64,000 nt of DNA from the NCBI GenBank assembly GCA_963822965.1, contig CAWGJT010000014.1, forward strand, positions 430,288-494,287, written 5' to 3'. This document shows positions 31,093-41,200 of this stretch, piece by piece. The stretch comes from an uncultured delta proteobacterium (GTDB taxonomy: Bacteria; Myxococcota_A; UBA9160; UBA4427). Made by a program: the position numbers and the translations under genes. The stretch's first letter is position 1. Every line of letters begins with the position of its first letter. Under the pieces are notes generated by a model that did not search any database, was not told the DNA's origin, and saw nothing but the letters and a program-made list of their open reading frames with translations.

Positions 31093-33597
31093 ATGCGTTT
31101 CGTGTCGCTTGGCAAGTCACGGTCGATTGCGAGCCTCGCCGTATTGCTCGGTCTGCTCCTCGGAGGAGCGGCGGCACACGCCGAATCGGCGGGAGACTGG
31201 TTCAGCGAGAACTTCGAGACCCACGGCTTCGTCCGATCGAACGCGTACTTCCGGACGCCCGGGTTCAAGAACCAGGTCCAGACCTCGAGCTGGCGCAACG
31301 AGCTGAATCTGGAATCGACCCTGCGCCTCTTCGACAAGGACGACCTGCGGATCGGCTTCTTCAGCGTGCTGCGTCCCACCTACGACCTCATCTACGAGGT
31401 GCAGGGCGACCTGTACGGCGCGCACGTCACGGGCGGCGACTTCGGCACCGCGCCCGCGTTCCCGGACGATCCGATTGCCGGCGCCGGTCTCGGCGTCCCC
31501 GCGCCCCGGTCCTTCGCCCAGACGTCGGGCCGCGGCAAGGGCGGTGAGCAGACCTGTCTGGCCGCTGGCCTTCCGAAGCACTGCTTCGGCGAGCGTCTCA
31601 GCGGCGAGTTCACGCTCATCAACTCGGATACGGCGAGCTTCTTCGACGGCAAGCTCACGCCGGCGGTGGCGATCGACAACGTGGTCTTCTTCGGCCGCGT
31701 GACCGCGCCCGTGCAGCCCCGCAGCAGCGGTCAGGCGAACATCGGCGGCAACGCCGACGGCAACACCTACACCGACCTGCGCAACAACTTCCTGATCCCG
31801 AACGCCGGCCTCCCGAACGGCGCCGGCCTGGACGCCTCGCTGGCCCTCGCCGAGGCCAACGGCACGAATCTCGATACGCCGCTCAACGCCTACCAGGGCG
31901 GGATCGGCAGCGCCGGATCGCTCAAGCGCGGCTCCGCCGACATCAACCGGCGTGAGACGAACCTGGCCTTCGACTGCGTCGACAACGCGCACCCCTGGTG
32001 CTTCGTGCGCGAGCTCTACATGGAGGTGGCCTACAAGGACACCTTCATCCGGCTCGGCAAGCAGCAGATCGTGTGGGGCAAGACGGACGCCTTCCGCCTG
32101 CAGGACAAGATCAACCCAATGGATCTGGGCTACCACAACGTGTTCCCGGATCTCGAAGAGCGTCGCATCCCGCAGCTGGCGCTCGACGCCATCCAGAGCT
32201 TCGGCGAGGTCGGCCCCCTCCAGGACGTGTCGGTCGAGTTCGCCTGGGTGTTCGACGAGTTCATTCCCGACCAGTTCGGTCAGTGCGGTGAGCCCTACGC
32301 GTTCACCGCAGCCTGCGAGGCGCGCGCGGACGCCGGCGGCCACCAGCTCTTCAACTTCTCGCTGGCCAACGTGGACAAGCGGGACTGGGAGATCAAGAAC
32401 ACCGAGCCCGGGATGCGCATCGAGTTCCGCATTCCGGAGCCCTCGATCGCGTTCTCGATCTCGGGCTTCTACACGTTCCAGGACTTGCCGGTGGCGGAGT
32501 TCCGGAACCACTACTCCACCGCGAACCCGAACCCGGCCGTGCTGCTCTTCCTGCAGGGCATCGTCGACGGCACCGGCACCCCGGTCGCCGGCACCATCGA
32601 CGCCCTGGCCCAGCTCGGCGCCGGGAACGGCGGGCCGGCTGCCTACAGCGGCGGCGTCTGGCTCACCGGCTTCGACCCGTATGCCCACGACCTCAACCAG
32701 TCGATCATCGGCAACGACGTCGACGCCCAGCGGGGCCTGGCGCCCAACGGCACCCTGGCCGCCGCCAACGGCGACCTCCAGAACGCCTGGTTCGCGCTGA
32801 CGAACGTGCTGGACCCGGGAGGCGGCGGTTGCGCGGGTCTCACCGGTCAGGCCCTCGCGGGCTGCGGCGGCGCCATCGCGATCTTCGGTCTGCCCTGGTC
32901 GGCCAGCGAGGCCACCCTCAAGTATCCCCGCATCTTCTCCCTGGGCGGGTCCGCGGACTACCAGATTCCGGGCATCGACACGGTGCTGCGCATGGAGATG
33001 GCCTTCGACTTCGATCGCTCCATCCAGGACACCTCGAAGCGCAACGGCGTCTCCAAGAGCACCGTCTTCCAGATGGCGGTGGGCCTCGACCGCTCGACGT
33101 TCATTCCGTTCCTGAACTCGAAGCGCACGGCGTTCCTCTCGTTCCAGACCTTCATCGAGCACATCATCGACTACCGCGAGAAGAACTCGGGCGAGATGGT
33201 GCCGGACGAGACCCAGATCATCTCGACCGCGTTCATGCAGAACTACTGGCGCAACGACTCGATCACGCTGACGAGCTTCGCTGCCGTCGACTGGCGGTCG
33301 CAGGCCGTGATCATCGGCCCGTCGCTCCGCTACACGTACAACGAGCACCTGCTCTTCGACATCGGCTTCAACATGCTGTGGGGCACCTCGCGCAAGCAGA
33401 ACATTCGCGACGTCTGCTCGAACCAGACCCTCTCCTGCCTGAGCGATCCGACGAGCTGGCAGGACGGCAACTGGCAGATGCTGAACGCCGGCTTGAAGCA
33501 GCAGGCGCAGTCCCCGTTCTGGGGCAAGGAGTCGTTCGCGGATCGCTTCATGCGGGACCGCGACGAGTTCTGGATGGGCGTGACCTATCAGTTCTGA
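31093..33597 (+). CDS. DUF1302-like outer-membrane beta-barrel
   Basis: Signal peptide, RELY....IRLGKQQIVWGKTDAFRLQDKINPMD, C-terminal VTYQF; context with DUF1329/Ycf48/RND. Confidence 0.75.
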   Translation: MRFVSLGKSRSIASLAVLLGLLLGGAAAHAESAGDWFSENFETHGFVRSNAYFRTPGFKNQVQTSSWRNELNLESTLRLFDKDDLRIGFFSVLRPTYDLIYEVQGDLYGAHVTGGDFGTAPAFPDDPIAGAGLGVPAPRSFAQTSGRGKGGEQTCLAAGLPKHCFGERLSGEFTLINSDTASFFDGKLTPAVAIDNVVFFGRVTAPVQPRSSGQANIGGNADGNTYTDLRNNFLIPNAGLPNGAGLDASLALAEANGTNLDTPLNAYQGGIGSAGSLKRGSADINRRETNLAFDCVDNAHPWCFVRELYMEVAYKDTFIRLGKQQIVWGKTDAFRLQDKINPMDLGYHNVFPDLEERRIPQLALDAIQSFGEVGPLQDVSVEFAWVFDEFIPDQFGQCGEPYAFTAACEARADAGGHQLFNFSLANVDKRDWEIKNTEPGMRIEFRIPEPSIAFSISGFYTFQDLPVAEFRNHYSTANPNPAVLLFLQGIVDGTGTPVAGTIDALAQLGAGNGGPAAYSGGVWLTGFDPYAHDLNQSIIGNDVDAQRGLAPNGTLAAANGDLQNAWFALTNVLDPGGGGCAGLTGQALAGCGGAIAIFGLPWSASEATLKYPRIFSLGGSADYQIPGIDTVLRMEMAFDFDRSIQDTSKRNGVSKSTVFQMAVGLDRSTFIPFLNSKRTAFLSFQTFIEHIIDYREKNSGEMVPDETQIISTAFMQNYWRNDSITLTSFAAVDWRSQAVIIGPSLRYTYNEHLLFDIGFNMLWGTSRKQNIRDVCSNQTLSCLSDPTSWQDGNWQMLNAGLKQQAQSPFWGKESFADRFMRDRDEFWMGVTYQF

Positions 33598-33632
33598 CGT
33601 CGTCCTGGCGCGCTTCGGAGTCTGCTTGATCG

Positions 33633-34742
33633 ATGGGTAGTGGGTGGGGGCGGCTCGGGCTCGGCGCTTGCGTGCTCGCCGGGGCGCTCGCCTGTTGCGC
33701 GCTGCTGGCCTGCGCGAGCTCGTCCTCCAACGAGCCCACCGTCATCGCTTCGGCGGACGACGAGCTCACGTTCGACGAGCCCGCCCGGGCGGCGCTCGCT
33801 CCGAGCGGGCCGATCCAGCTCTCCTATCGAGACCCCGAGAAGGGTGGGAGCGCGTATCGCATCGTCCTCGAGGTGAGCGGCGACTGGTACGTGTCGGATC
33901 CCGGCGACCCCGAGGACAAGCCGCCGCTCTCGGAGTCGCACCTGCTCGAGCTCGAGTACCGGGAGTTTCCCACCGAGGGAACCAGCGACGGGCGCGGCGC
34001 CTACCTGCTCGGTCTCGACGCCCTCCACTACAAGCTCCTGCAGCAGAATCCTCCGGCGGAGCGGGAGATCGAGCTGGGAGACGATCGCCTGCGCGTGTTC
34101 GTCGACGAGAAGGAGAAGATGGACCTGCGCGGCGCGCAGCCCAAAGAGAACCTCACGCCGCAGAAGCTGCTCGGTCACATCTTCGGGGTCGTCGTGCACG
34201 ACGAGTTCGGCAACCCCCTGGCGATCGCGCCTCGCGGCTTTCCGGTGGCGAAGACCTTCCTCGAGAACCTGCTGGTGAAGGAGGCGATCGGCTACTCGCG
34301 CATGTCGCTTCCTGTCGTGGCGATCACCCCCGGTGCCACGTGGAAGGCGGTCCGGTTCCCGGCGAGTCGCTCCGGCGCCCTGGGGCTCATGATGGAGGTC
34401 GAGTACTCGCTCGCCGCCTTCGAGGAGCTCGACGGGGTCCCGTGCGCGCTCATCCTCCTGCGGGCGAATGAAGACGGCAAGAACGTCAAGAGCGCCACGG
34501 GGCTCGTCTTCGATCGGGTCCTGACCAAGATGTCGGGCTCCGCCTGGGTGGAGCTCGCGACCTCACGGGTGCGCCGCATGGTGATCGAGGACGAGGTCCG
34601 TGTGGCGATGTCGCGCGGGAAGGCGCCGATCATCCAGACGTCGCGCATGCGGCACGCCACCCGCATGCTGCTCGAGGCGCGCGATCCGGACGCCACCCCC
34701 GACACGTGGGCGGACAATACGAAGCGCTTCGGACCGCACTGA
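33633..34742 (+). CDS. Hypothetical lipoprotein
   Basis: LLAC lipobox; beta-rich, PGATW and GSAWVELATSRV. Confidence 0.65.
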   Translation: MGSGWGRLGLGACVLAGALACCALLACASSSSNEPTVIASADDELTFDEPARAALAPSGPIQLSYRDPEKGGSAYRIVLEVSGDWYVSDPGDPEDKPPLSESHLLELEYREFPTEGTSDGRGAYLLGLDALHYKLLQQNPPAEREIELGDDRLRVFVDEKEKMDLRGAQPKENLTPQKLLGHIFGVVVHDEFGNPLAIAPRGFPVAKTFLENLLVKEAIGYSRMSLPVVAITPGATWKAVRFPASRSGALGLMMEVEYSLAAFEELDGVPCALILLRANEDGKNVKSATGLVFDRVLTKMSGSAWVELATSRVRRMVIEDEVRVAMSRGKAPIIQTSRMRHATRMLLEARDPDATPDTWADNTKRFGPH

Positions 34743-34807
34743 ACGGACGAGACCCGACGGGGTCGGGCGGCCGCGCCCGGGAAACGAGCCCCGGAGGCCT
34801 CGTCGAT

Positions 34808-35005
34808 CTAGTGTCCTGTCTCAGAAGTTCGCTTGCATTCGGCCGCCCCCGCGGCGCGCCGCCAGCGTTGCGCTCTCGTCGCCGTAGCGCGGCTATGCCT
34901 CGGTCGCGCGCCTTGGCAGCGGGCCGCGGGAGCGTCCTCGGTGCATGCCGAGACGGATCGAAGGGGCGTCGACTTCGACAGCGAACTTCTGGGACAGGTC
35001 ACTAG
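34808..35005. mobile_element. MITE-like element, 198 bp, with 26-bp terminal inverted repeats ending in CTAG
   Basis: CTAGTGTCCTGTCTCAGAAGTTCGCT ... AGCGAACTTCTGGGACAGGTCACTAG (24/26 complementary); no transposase. Confidence 0.8.
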
Positions 35006-35008
35006 CTC

Positions 35009-35416
35009 TCAGCGCTCGGTTCGGGACCGCGATTGGATCCGCTCGCCGATCCGCCCACCGGCCAGCCCGCAGAGCAGCCCGACCGCCAGCGCGATGGGGA
35101 GCGCGACGTAGAACCCGTCTCCGAAGTGCAGGAGGCGCACCGCCAGTCCCACGGTCCCCAGCGCGGCGATCACGCTCGCGAAGCCCGCCTCCCAGGGGGT
35201 GTATCCCGGGGACATCCAGCCGATGACGCCGCCTCCCACCAGGAACGCGACCGTGGTCGCGAACAGGAAGACGCCCAGGGACGCCACCTCCTGGCCGAGG
35301 GCCGCGAGGGTGGAGCCGATCAAGGTCTCCAGACCGAGCACGATGAGCGCTCCGACGAGCACCCACCGCCACTCGATCCGACCACCCGAGTAGATGTCCT
35401 GCCGGGGTTCGGTCAC
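35009..35416 (-). CDS. Small four-TM membrane protein
   Basis: Hydrophobic, SPGYTPWE and GGRIGE; follows the DUF1329-like gene. Confidence 0.7.
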   Translation of the reverse strand: MTEPRQDIYSGGRIEWRWVLVGALIVLGLETLIGSTLAALGQEVASLGVFLFATTVAFLVGGGVIGWMSPGYTPWEAGFASVIAALGTVGLAVRLLHFGDGFYVALPIALAVGLLCGLAGGRIGERIQSRSRTER

Positions 35417-35438
35417 TGCGTCCTGTCGGGAATCGATC

Positions 35439-36794
35439 TCAGCGTCCCTGTCGCTTCAGCTTCGTCGTGTCGTAGTAGCGCTGGCTCTCGGCCACCGTGA
35501 AGTCGCCGGCGTTCGAGTTGTCGAACTGGATCGTGTGCGAGTTGTCGTTCTGCACGTTCACGATGAGGATCTCGGAGTAGTTGTTGACGAACTTGTCCTT
35601 GTTCGACGGGCTCTTGCTGTCCTCGCTCCACTTGAAGATGCTGTTGATGATGCGATAGGGCTTGCCCGCCCGATCGTACATCAGCGCGTAGAGCGGCATC
35701 AGCGTCTCCTTGTCGTACCAGATCTTCTTGCGGCTGTAGGGGTGTCCCTTCTGCCGCGGAACGTCGTCGAGCTCGACGACGTTCCGCTTCTGGAACGACT
35801 CGCCGTCGAAGGCCAGGGCGCCGTAGGGTCCGAAGGTGCAGTGGTACCACTCCTCCTCGGTCCCCAGCCGCGTCATGCCGGTCGTGCGCACCGCCTCCTC
35901 TTCCCCGATGATCGACGGGAAGCACACCCGCTTGGAGTTCATGGGGGCCAGCTTCACCGACTCGCCCTGGTACTCCCACTGGTGGTCCCAGACGTAGCCC
36001 GCGAAGATGTAGAAGTCCTCGAGGGTGAACTCCGTGCCCAGCAGCGAGTCGGACTTCTGGGTGGCCGCAATGCGCCGAACGCGCCGGAGGGCCGGAATGT
36101 ACGCCCAGGTGTCGTCTTCCTTGTCGGTGACGTAGCGGTAGAGAAGGAACATCGTGCCCCGCAGATCGAAGGGCGTCTTCACGTCGAAGAACTCGGCCCA
36201 TTCGACGTCGGTCCCTTCCTGCAGCTCCGTCGTCTTCGGCAGCAGGTCGGCGCGGTGGCTGAAGTAGGTCCTGCGATACTCGCCCTGGGCGAGGCGCCAC
36301 ATCTCCTTGCCGCTGTTGCGCATGTTGCTCGTGCCCCAGTGGGGGAGATTGAGGCCCGAGCCGCCCTGCCAGCGGTAGTTGACGTTCCACGCGAGCTTGA
36401 GGGCGAACTGCGGGTCGCTCTCGCTGAGGTCGCAGGCGTGGTTGGTCGCCTCCTTCGCCCACTCGGAGTAGGGGAAGGGCTGTCCGGCAGTGTAGTTCTG
36501 GATCAGACCCTTCGAATCGAGCGAGGCCTGGCACGCGTACTTGACCGTCGCCTCGAGGTACTTCGGATGGACGGGGTACTCCTCGGCGGCCACGACGTTC
36601 ACTTCGAGGTCCGGAAAGCTCTCGGCGACGAAGGGATACAGCTCGTCGGGGATCAGCCCCTTGATCTGCTCCTTGTTCGCACTCGTGATCTTGTCTCCCG
36701 GCTTCACGTCGGCCTGGGATACCCCTGCGAAGATCAGTGTGGCGGCTGCGGCCACGAGTACCCGCGGACCGAACGAATGAAGACTCGAGCGCAT
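35439..36794 (-). CDS. DUF1329-like periplasmic protein (LolA-like lipid carrier)
   Basis: Signal peptide, VKPGDKIT..N, G.PFP, KLAWN, WAYIPALRRVRR, HPYSRK and YDRAGK; GGAGG RBS. Confidence 0.85.
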   Translation of the reverse strand: MRSSLHSFGPRVLVAAAATLIFAGVSQADVKPGDKITSANKEQIKGLIPDELYPFVAESFPDLEVNVVAAEEYPVHPKYLEATVKYACQASLDSKGLIQNYTAGQPFPYSEWAKEATNHACDLSESDPQFALKLAWNVNYRWQGGSGLNLPHWGTSNMRNSGKEMWRLAQGEYRRTYFSHRADLLPKTTELQEGTDVEWAEFFDVKTPFDLRGTMFLLYRYVTDKEDDTWAYIPALRRVRRIAATQKSDSLLGTEFTLEDFYIFAGYVWDHQWEYQGESVKLAPMNSKRVCFPSIIGEEEAVRTTGMTRLGTEEEWYHCTFGPYGALAFDGESFQKRNVVELDDVPRQKGHPYSRKKIWYDKETLMPLYALMYDRAGKPYRIINSIFKWSEDSKSPSNKDKFVNNYSEILIVNVQNDNSHTIQFDNSNAGDFTVAESQRYYDTTKLKRQGR

Positions 36795-37013
36795 GGACGA
36801 CCTCCCATTGGCTTTCGGTGGCTTCTCGGTTCCGACGCGCTGGACCCGGCTCGATCCGTGCGATTGACTCGGTAGGACCTTGCGTGTGAGTATACGATGG
36901 ATTGGGTCGTGCAGTCTCACCCGATCTCGCGAGATGGCGAGACCTTGGAGACCAGTTGGTGCCGTGGGCTTCGGACGGGCAGCATCCTGCTTGTCCCTGG
37001 CTGAGGAGGGGAC

Positions 37014-38156
37014 GTGGCGCAGACGGCCCGGATCCGGGATGGCGTGCGGGTGTGGTGGTTGATCCTCGGCCTGGCCTGCTGGGCGCCCCTGGCGGCAGGA
37101 TCGGACGGATTCGAGCCTGCCGACAGGAGCTCGTGGGAGCTGCCCAACGCCGATCTCTACGGCGTGGACGCCCGGGGAGACACGGTCCTGGCGGTCGGCT
37201 ACTGGGGAACCGTCCTGCGCTCCGTGGACGGTGGCCAGGTATGGTCGCATCAACCCACTCCCACGAACGAAACCCTCTACGCGGTCTCCCTGGGCGACGA
37301 GAGGCGGGCCTGGGCCGTGGGCGCCGCCGGCACCATCCTCTATTCGCAGGACGGGGGTGTCAGCTGGGTCCCCGTCGACGTCCTGGTGCCGGCGGACGAG
37401 TTCCAGGACACCCACGCGCTCGACTCGCCGCTCTTCGACGTCTCGGCGGTATCGGCGACCGAGGCCTGGGCAGTGGGGGATTTTGGACTCGTTCTTCACA
37501 CCCGGAACGGTACCCAGTGGGAGGTCGTCCGGATCCCGCCCGAGGACTTCGCGGACGAGAACATCCCCGACCGGATCCTCAACGGGGTCGACTTCCTGGA
37601 TCGTGACCGCGGCTGGATCGTCGGGGAGTTCGGAACCACCCTCCGGACGTCCGACGGAGGCGCGACCTGGACCGGTGAGCGGACCTTCACGGGAGCCGTG
37701 GAGGACGTCTACCTGATGGACGTGGCCGCGGGCGGGGAAGGACGCGCCGTCGCCGGCGGAACCGGCGGGGTGGTGCTCCAGACCACGGACGGCGGCGCGG
37801 ACTGGAAGGCGGCGAAGCTCCCGACGACGGCCGGCCTCTTCGGGGCCGCGTGGCGAAGCCCGGCCGCGCTTCTGGTCGGCGACCGCGGGGTGATGTTCTT
37901 CAGCGCCGACGACGGCCAGAGCTGGGACGAAGCCGCCCACCCGCGGCTGTTCAACTGGCTTCGCGACGTGGTGCTCGCGTCGGACGCGCGCGCCTACGCG
38001 GTGGGTCAGAACGGCCTTATTCTCCGCTCCTCGGATGGGGGGCTGTCCTGGGAGCAGGCCGCCGGCGCCGAGCCTCCCCCGCTCGACGGGATATCCTCAC
38101 CCGGAGGGCCGTCCAACCCACCGGCAGTCGAGCCCAAAGGCAATCAGCAGGACTGA
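37014..38156 (+). CDS. Ycf48-like BNR/Asp-box beta-propeller
   Basis: Repeated AVG..G.ILRS.DGG..W motifs. Confidence 0.85.
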   Translation: MAQTARIRDGVRVWWLILGLACWAPLAAGSDGFEPADRSSWELPNADLYGVDARGDTVLAVGYWGTVLRSVDGGQVWSHQPTPTNETLYAVSLGDERRAWAVGAAGTILYSQDGGVSWVPVDVLVPADEFQDTHALDSPLFDVSAVSATEAWAVGDFGLVLHTRNGTQWEVVRIPPEDFADENIPDRILNGVDFLDRDRGWIVGEFGTTLRTSDGGATWTGERTFTGAVEDVYLMDVAAGGEGRAVAGGTGGVVLQTTDGGADWKAAKLPTTAGLFGAAWRSPAALLVGDRGVMFFSADDGQSWDEAAHPRLFNWLRDVVLASDARAYAVGQNGLILRSSDGGLSWEQAAGAEPPPLDGISSPGGPSNPPAVEPKGNQQD

Positions 38157-38226
38157 CCGGGACCGACGTCACCCGCCGGACCGCGTCAGCGCGATGCAAC
38201 CGGCCAACGGATCCAAGAGGGCATGA

Positions 38227-41200
38227 ATGGATGAGCTGAGTCTCCGGTTCTCGCGCTTCTTCATCCGACATCGCAGGGTCAATCTCATTCTCATCGGTGC
38301 TGCCACCGCGTACTTCGGTTGGCAAGCCCTGCATCTCCAGGTCTTCAGCCAGTTCATCGACCTGCTGCCCCGCAACCACCCGTACATCCAGGTCTACGAG
38401 AACTACAACCGGCAGTTCGGCAGCGCCAACATCGTCACGGCCGCGATCGTCGCCAACGAGGGCACGATCTACGACGAAGGGGTCCTCGAGAAGATCTACG
38501 GCTTCACGGACCAGATCGACAAGATCGACGGCGTCGACCACGGCCAGGTCTCTTCGATCACGAGCATCGGCATCCGCAACCAGGAGGTCGATCGGGAAGG
38601 CGTCCTGCGATCCCAGCAGATCGTGGGGGAGGAGGCGCTGGCGCTCCTCGAAGCGCAGTTCTTCACCCGGCGCGCGATTCACCGGATGCCGCCGGACAAA
38701 GTCCCCACCACGCTCGAAGACTTCAAGAAGGCGGTCGCCGACCGGAAGGCCGAGCTCGTGCTGCAGCTCGCGGACTCGAGCGCGCTGCGGCTCGAGAAGA
38801 TGGAGGACCAGGAGAAGGCCGCAAAGATTCAGGCGCTCCGGGAGGAGGCCGCGGAGCTCGAGTTCCTCTCGCTGCGTCTGGGAGAGCTCCCGAAGGGCTA
38901 CCACCTCGACGGCGAGGAGCTGGACGGTCCCGAGGGAACCCTGATTCCCAAGGCCATGATGCAGGCGCTGCCGGACCGGATCCACCAGAACAAGCAGGTG
39001 TACGGCCGACTCGTCTCCCTCGACGACTCGGCGGCGCTGGTGTCGGCCGGCTTCCTCGAAGGTCGGCTGGACTACGAGTCGATCTTCAACCGGATCTACA
39101 AGCTCAAGACCGAGCTGGAGGCCGACGGAAAGGTCGTCGTCCACCTCACCGGGCAGCCCATCCTCATCGGCTGGACCTTCTTCTACGCCGTCGAGATCGT
39201 CCTGATCCTGCTCCTGAGCCTCGGGATTCTGGTGGTCCTGCTGGGGGTCTACTTCCGCCACTGGTACGGCATCGTGATGCCGCTATCGGGCGCGATCGTG
39301 TCGGCCATCTGGGGTCTCGGCTTCATCTCCATCATGGGGTACCAGCTCGAGCCCCTGGTCCTCGTGATCCCGATGCTGATCACCGCGCGGGCCGTGTCGC
39401 ACTCGGTCCAGTTCGTCGAGCGCTTCTACGAGGAGTACGAACGGCTCGAGAACAAGGAGGAAGCGGTCATCACCTCCATGGCCGAGCTGCTGCTCCCCGG
39501 CACCCTGGCCATCGTCACGGACGCGTTCGGCATCCTGGTGATCGGCGTCTCGTCGATCGCCCTGATGAAGAAGGTCGCGATCTTCGGCGCCTTCTGGGCG
39601 CTCTCGATCGCCGTCACCGAGATGCTGCTGAACCGGCTGCTGATCGTGTACTTCCCTGCCCCGAAGCACTTCAAGCACTACACGCCGCCCGCGGTCCGGA
39701 ACTTCCTGCGGCACACCGCCCGGATCGCCACCGGCGAGCGCTCCGCCCGCATCATTCTGGTCGTGTGGCTGATCGTGGTGAGCTCGAGCTTCTTCGCCGC
39801 GTACCAGGTGAAGGTCGGGGAGTCGCGCCCGGGCACGCCGATCCTCTGGGACGACAGCGAGTTCAACCAGTCGGCCCGGGTCATCAGCAGCAAGTTCTTC
39901 GGCGCGGACGACTTCATGGTCATCGTCGAGACCGAGGAGCCACAGGGAATCCACCGCCCGGAGGTGATGCGGGAGATCGAAGCCTTCCAGCGCTACATGG
40001 AGCAGGACCCGAAGGTCGGGGGATCGATCTCGATCGTGGACTTCCTGAAGGCGATCAACCGGACCTTCCACAACGGCGATCCGCGCTGGTTCCGGGTGCC
40101 CTCCACCGACCAGGAGATCGGCGGTCTGCTCTATCTCTACGAGGCCGGCTCCCCGGACCCCCGGATCCTGAATCCGTATCGCGATCAGGAGGCGCGCAAC
40201 GCCGCCATCCGCATCTTCTACGCGGACCATCAGGGCGACACGATCCGGGCCGCCGTCGATCGCTCGAACGAGTACATCGAGAAGAACCCGACGGGGAAGA
40301 TCTCGATTCGTCTCTCCACCGACCGGAAGGGCTTCGTCGGCGAGCTGCTCAAGCGCCTCGGTCCGTTGATTCCGCCGCCACGAGCGGAGCTCGAGGTTCG
40401 GATTCGCGAACCCGACGGCCACTACGAGCGACAGGAGGTGACCCATCCGGACCGGCGGGAGCCGCCCCCGGACGACTCCGCCGCGTGGATCCTGACGCTG
40501 CCGCGCATGACCAAGGAGCTGGCGGACGTCCTCGTCGAGTCCGGCTTCGATACGGTCCAGAAGATCGCCGACGCCGACCTCGAGAAGCTCGCGGACGTCG
40601 AAGGCTACGACCTGGTGACCGCCTACGCGCTCCAGAAGGCGGCCCAGGACGACCGTCGCCACTACACGGTTCGTGCCGAATGGTCCTACCAGGGCGACGG
40701 CGGCGAAATCCAGGCCCAGATCCGGAGCCGCGGCCTCTACGAGGCGGACGAGCTCTGGGTGAAATATCACGGGGGCTCCTGGGAGCGACGGAAGTCGAGC
40801 AACTGGGCCGAGGGCCCGAGCTACGCGTTGGCGTCGGGCCTGATGGGCGTTCTCGCCGCGAGCAACGACGAGGTCGAGGGGAGCAACAACGCGACGCTGA
40901 TCGCCTCGTTCGCGACGGTCTTCGTCGTCATCCTGCTGTCGTATCGGTCGCTGTCGATCGGGCTCCTGCTGATCACGTCCCTGGGCTCGGCCGCGCTGGT
41001 CTCCCTGGCATTCATGTACTTCGCCAAGATCGGTTTCGACGTGAACACCCTCCCCGTCCAGGCGCTGGGCGTGGGGGTGGGGGTCGACTATGCGTTATAC
41101 ATCATGGACCGCGTGGTCCATGAGAGGAAACGCGGGCACGACCTCCAGGAGGCCGTCTCGATCGCCATCCAGACGACGGGGATGGCCGTCTTCTTCACCG

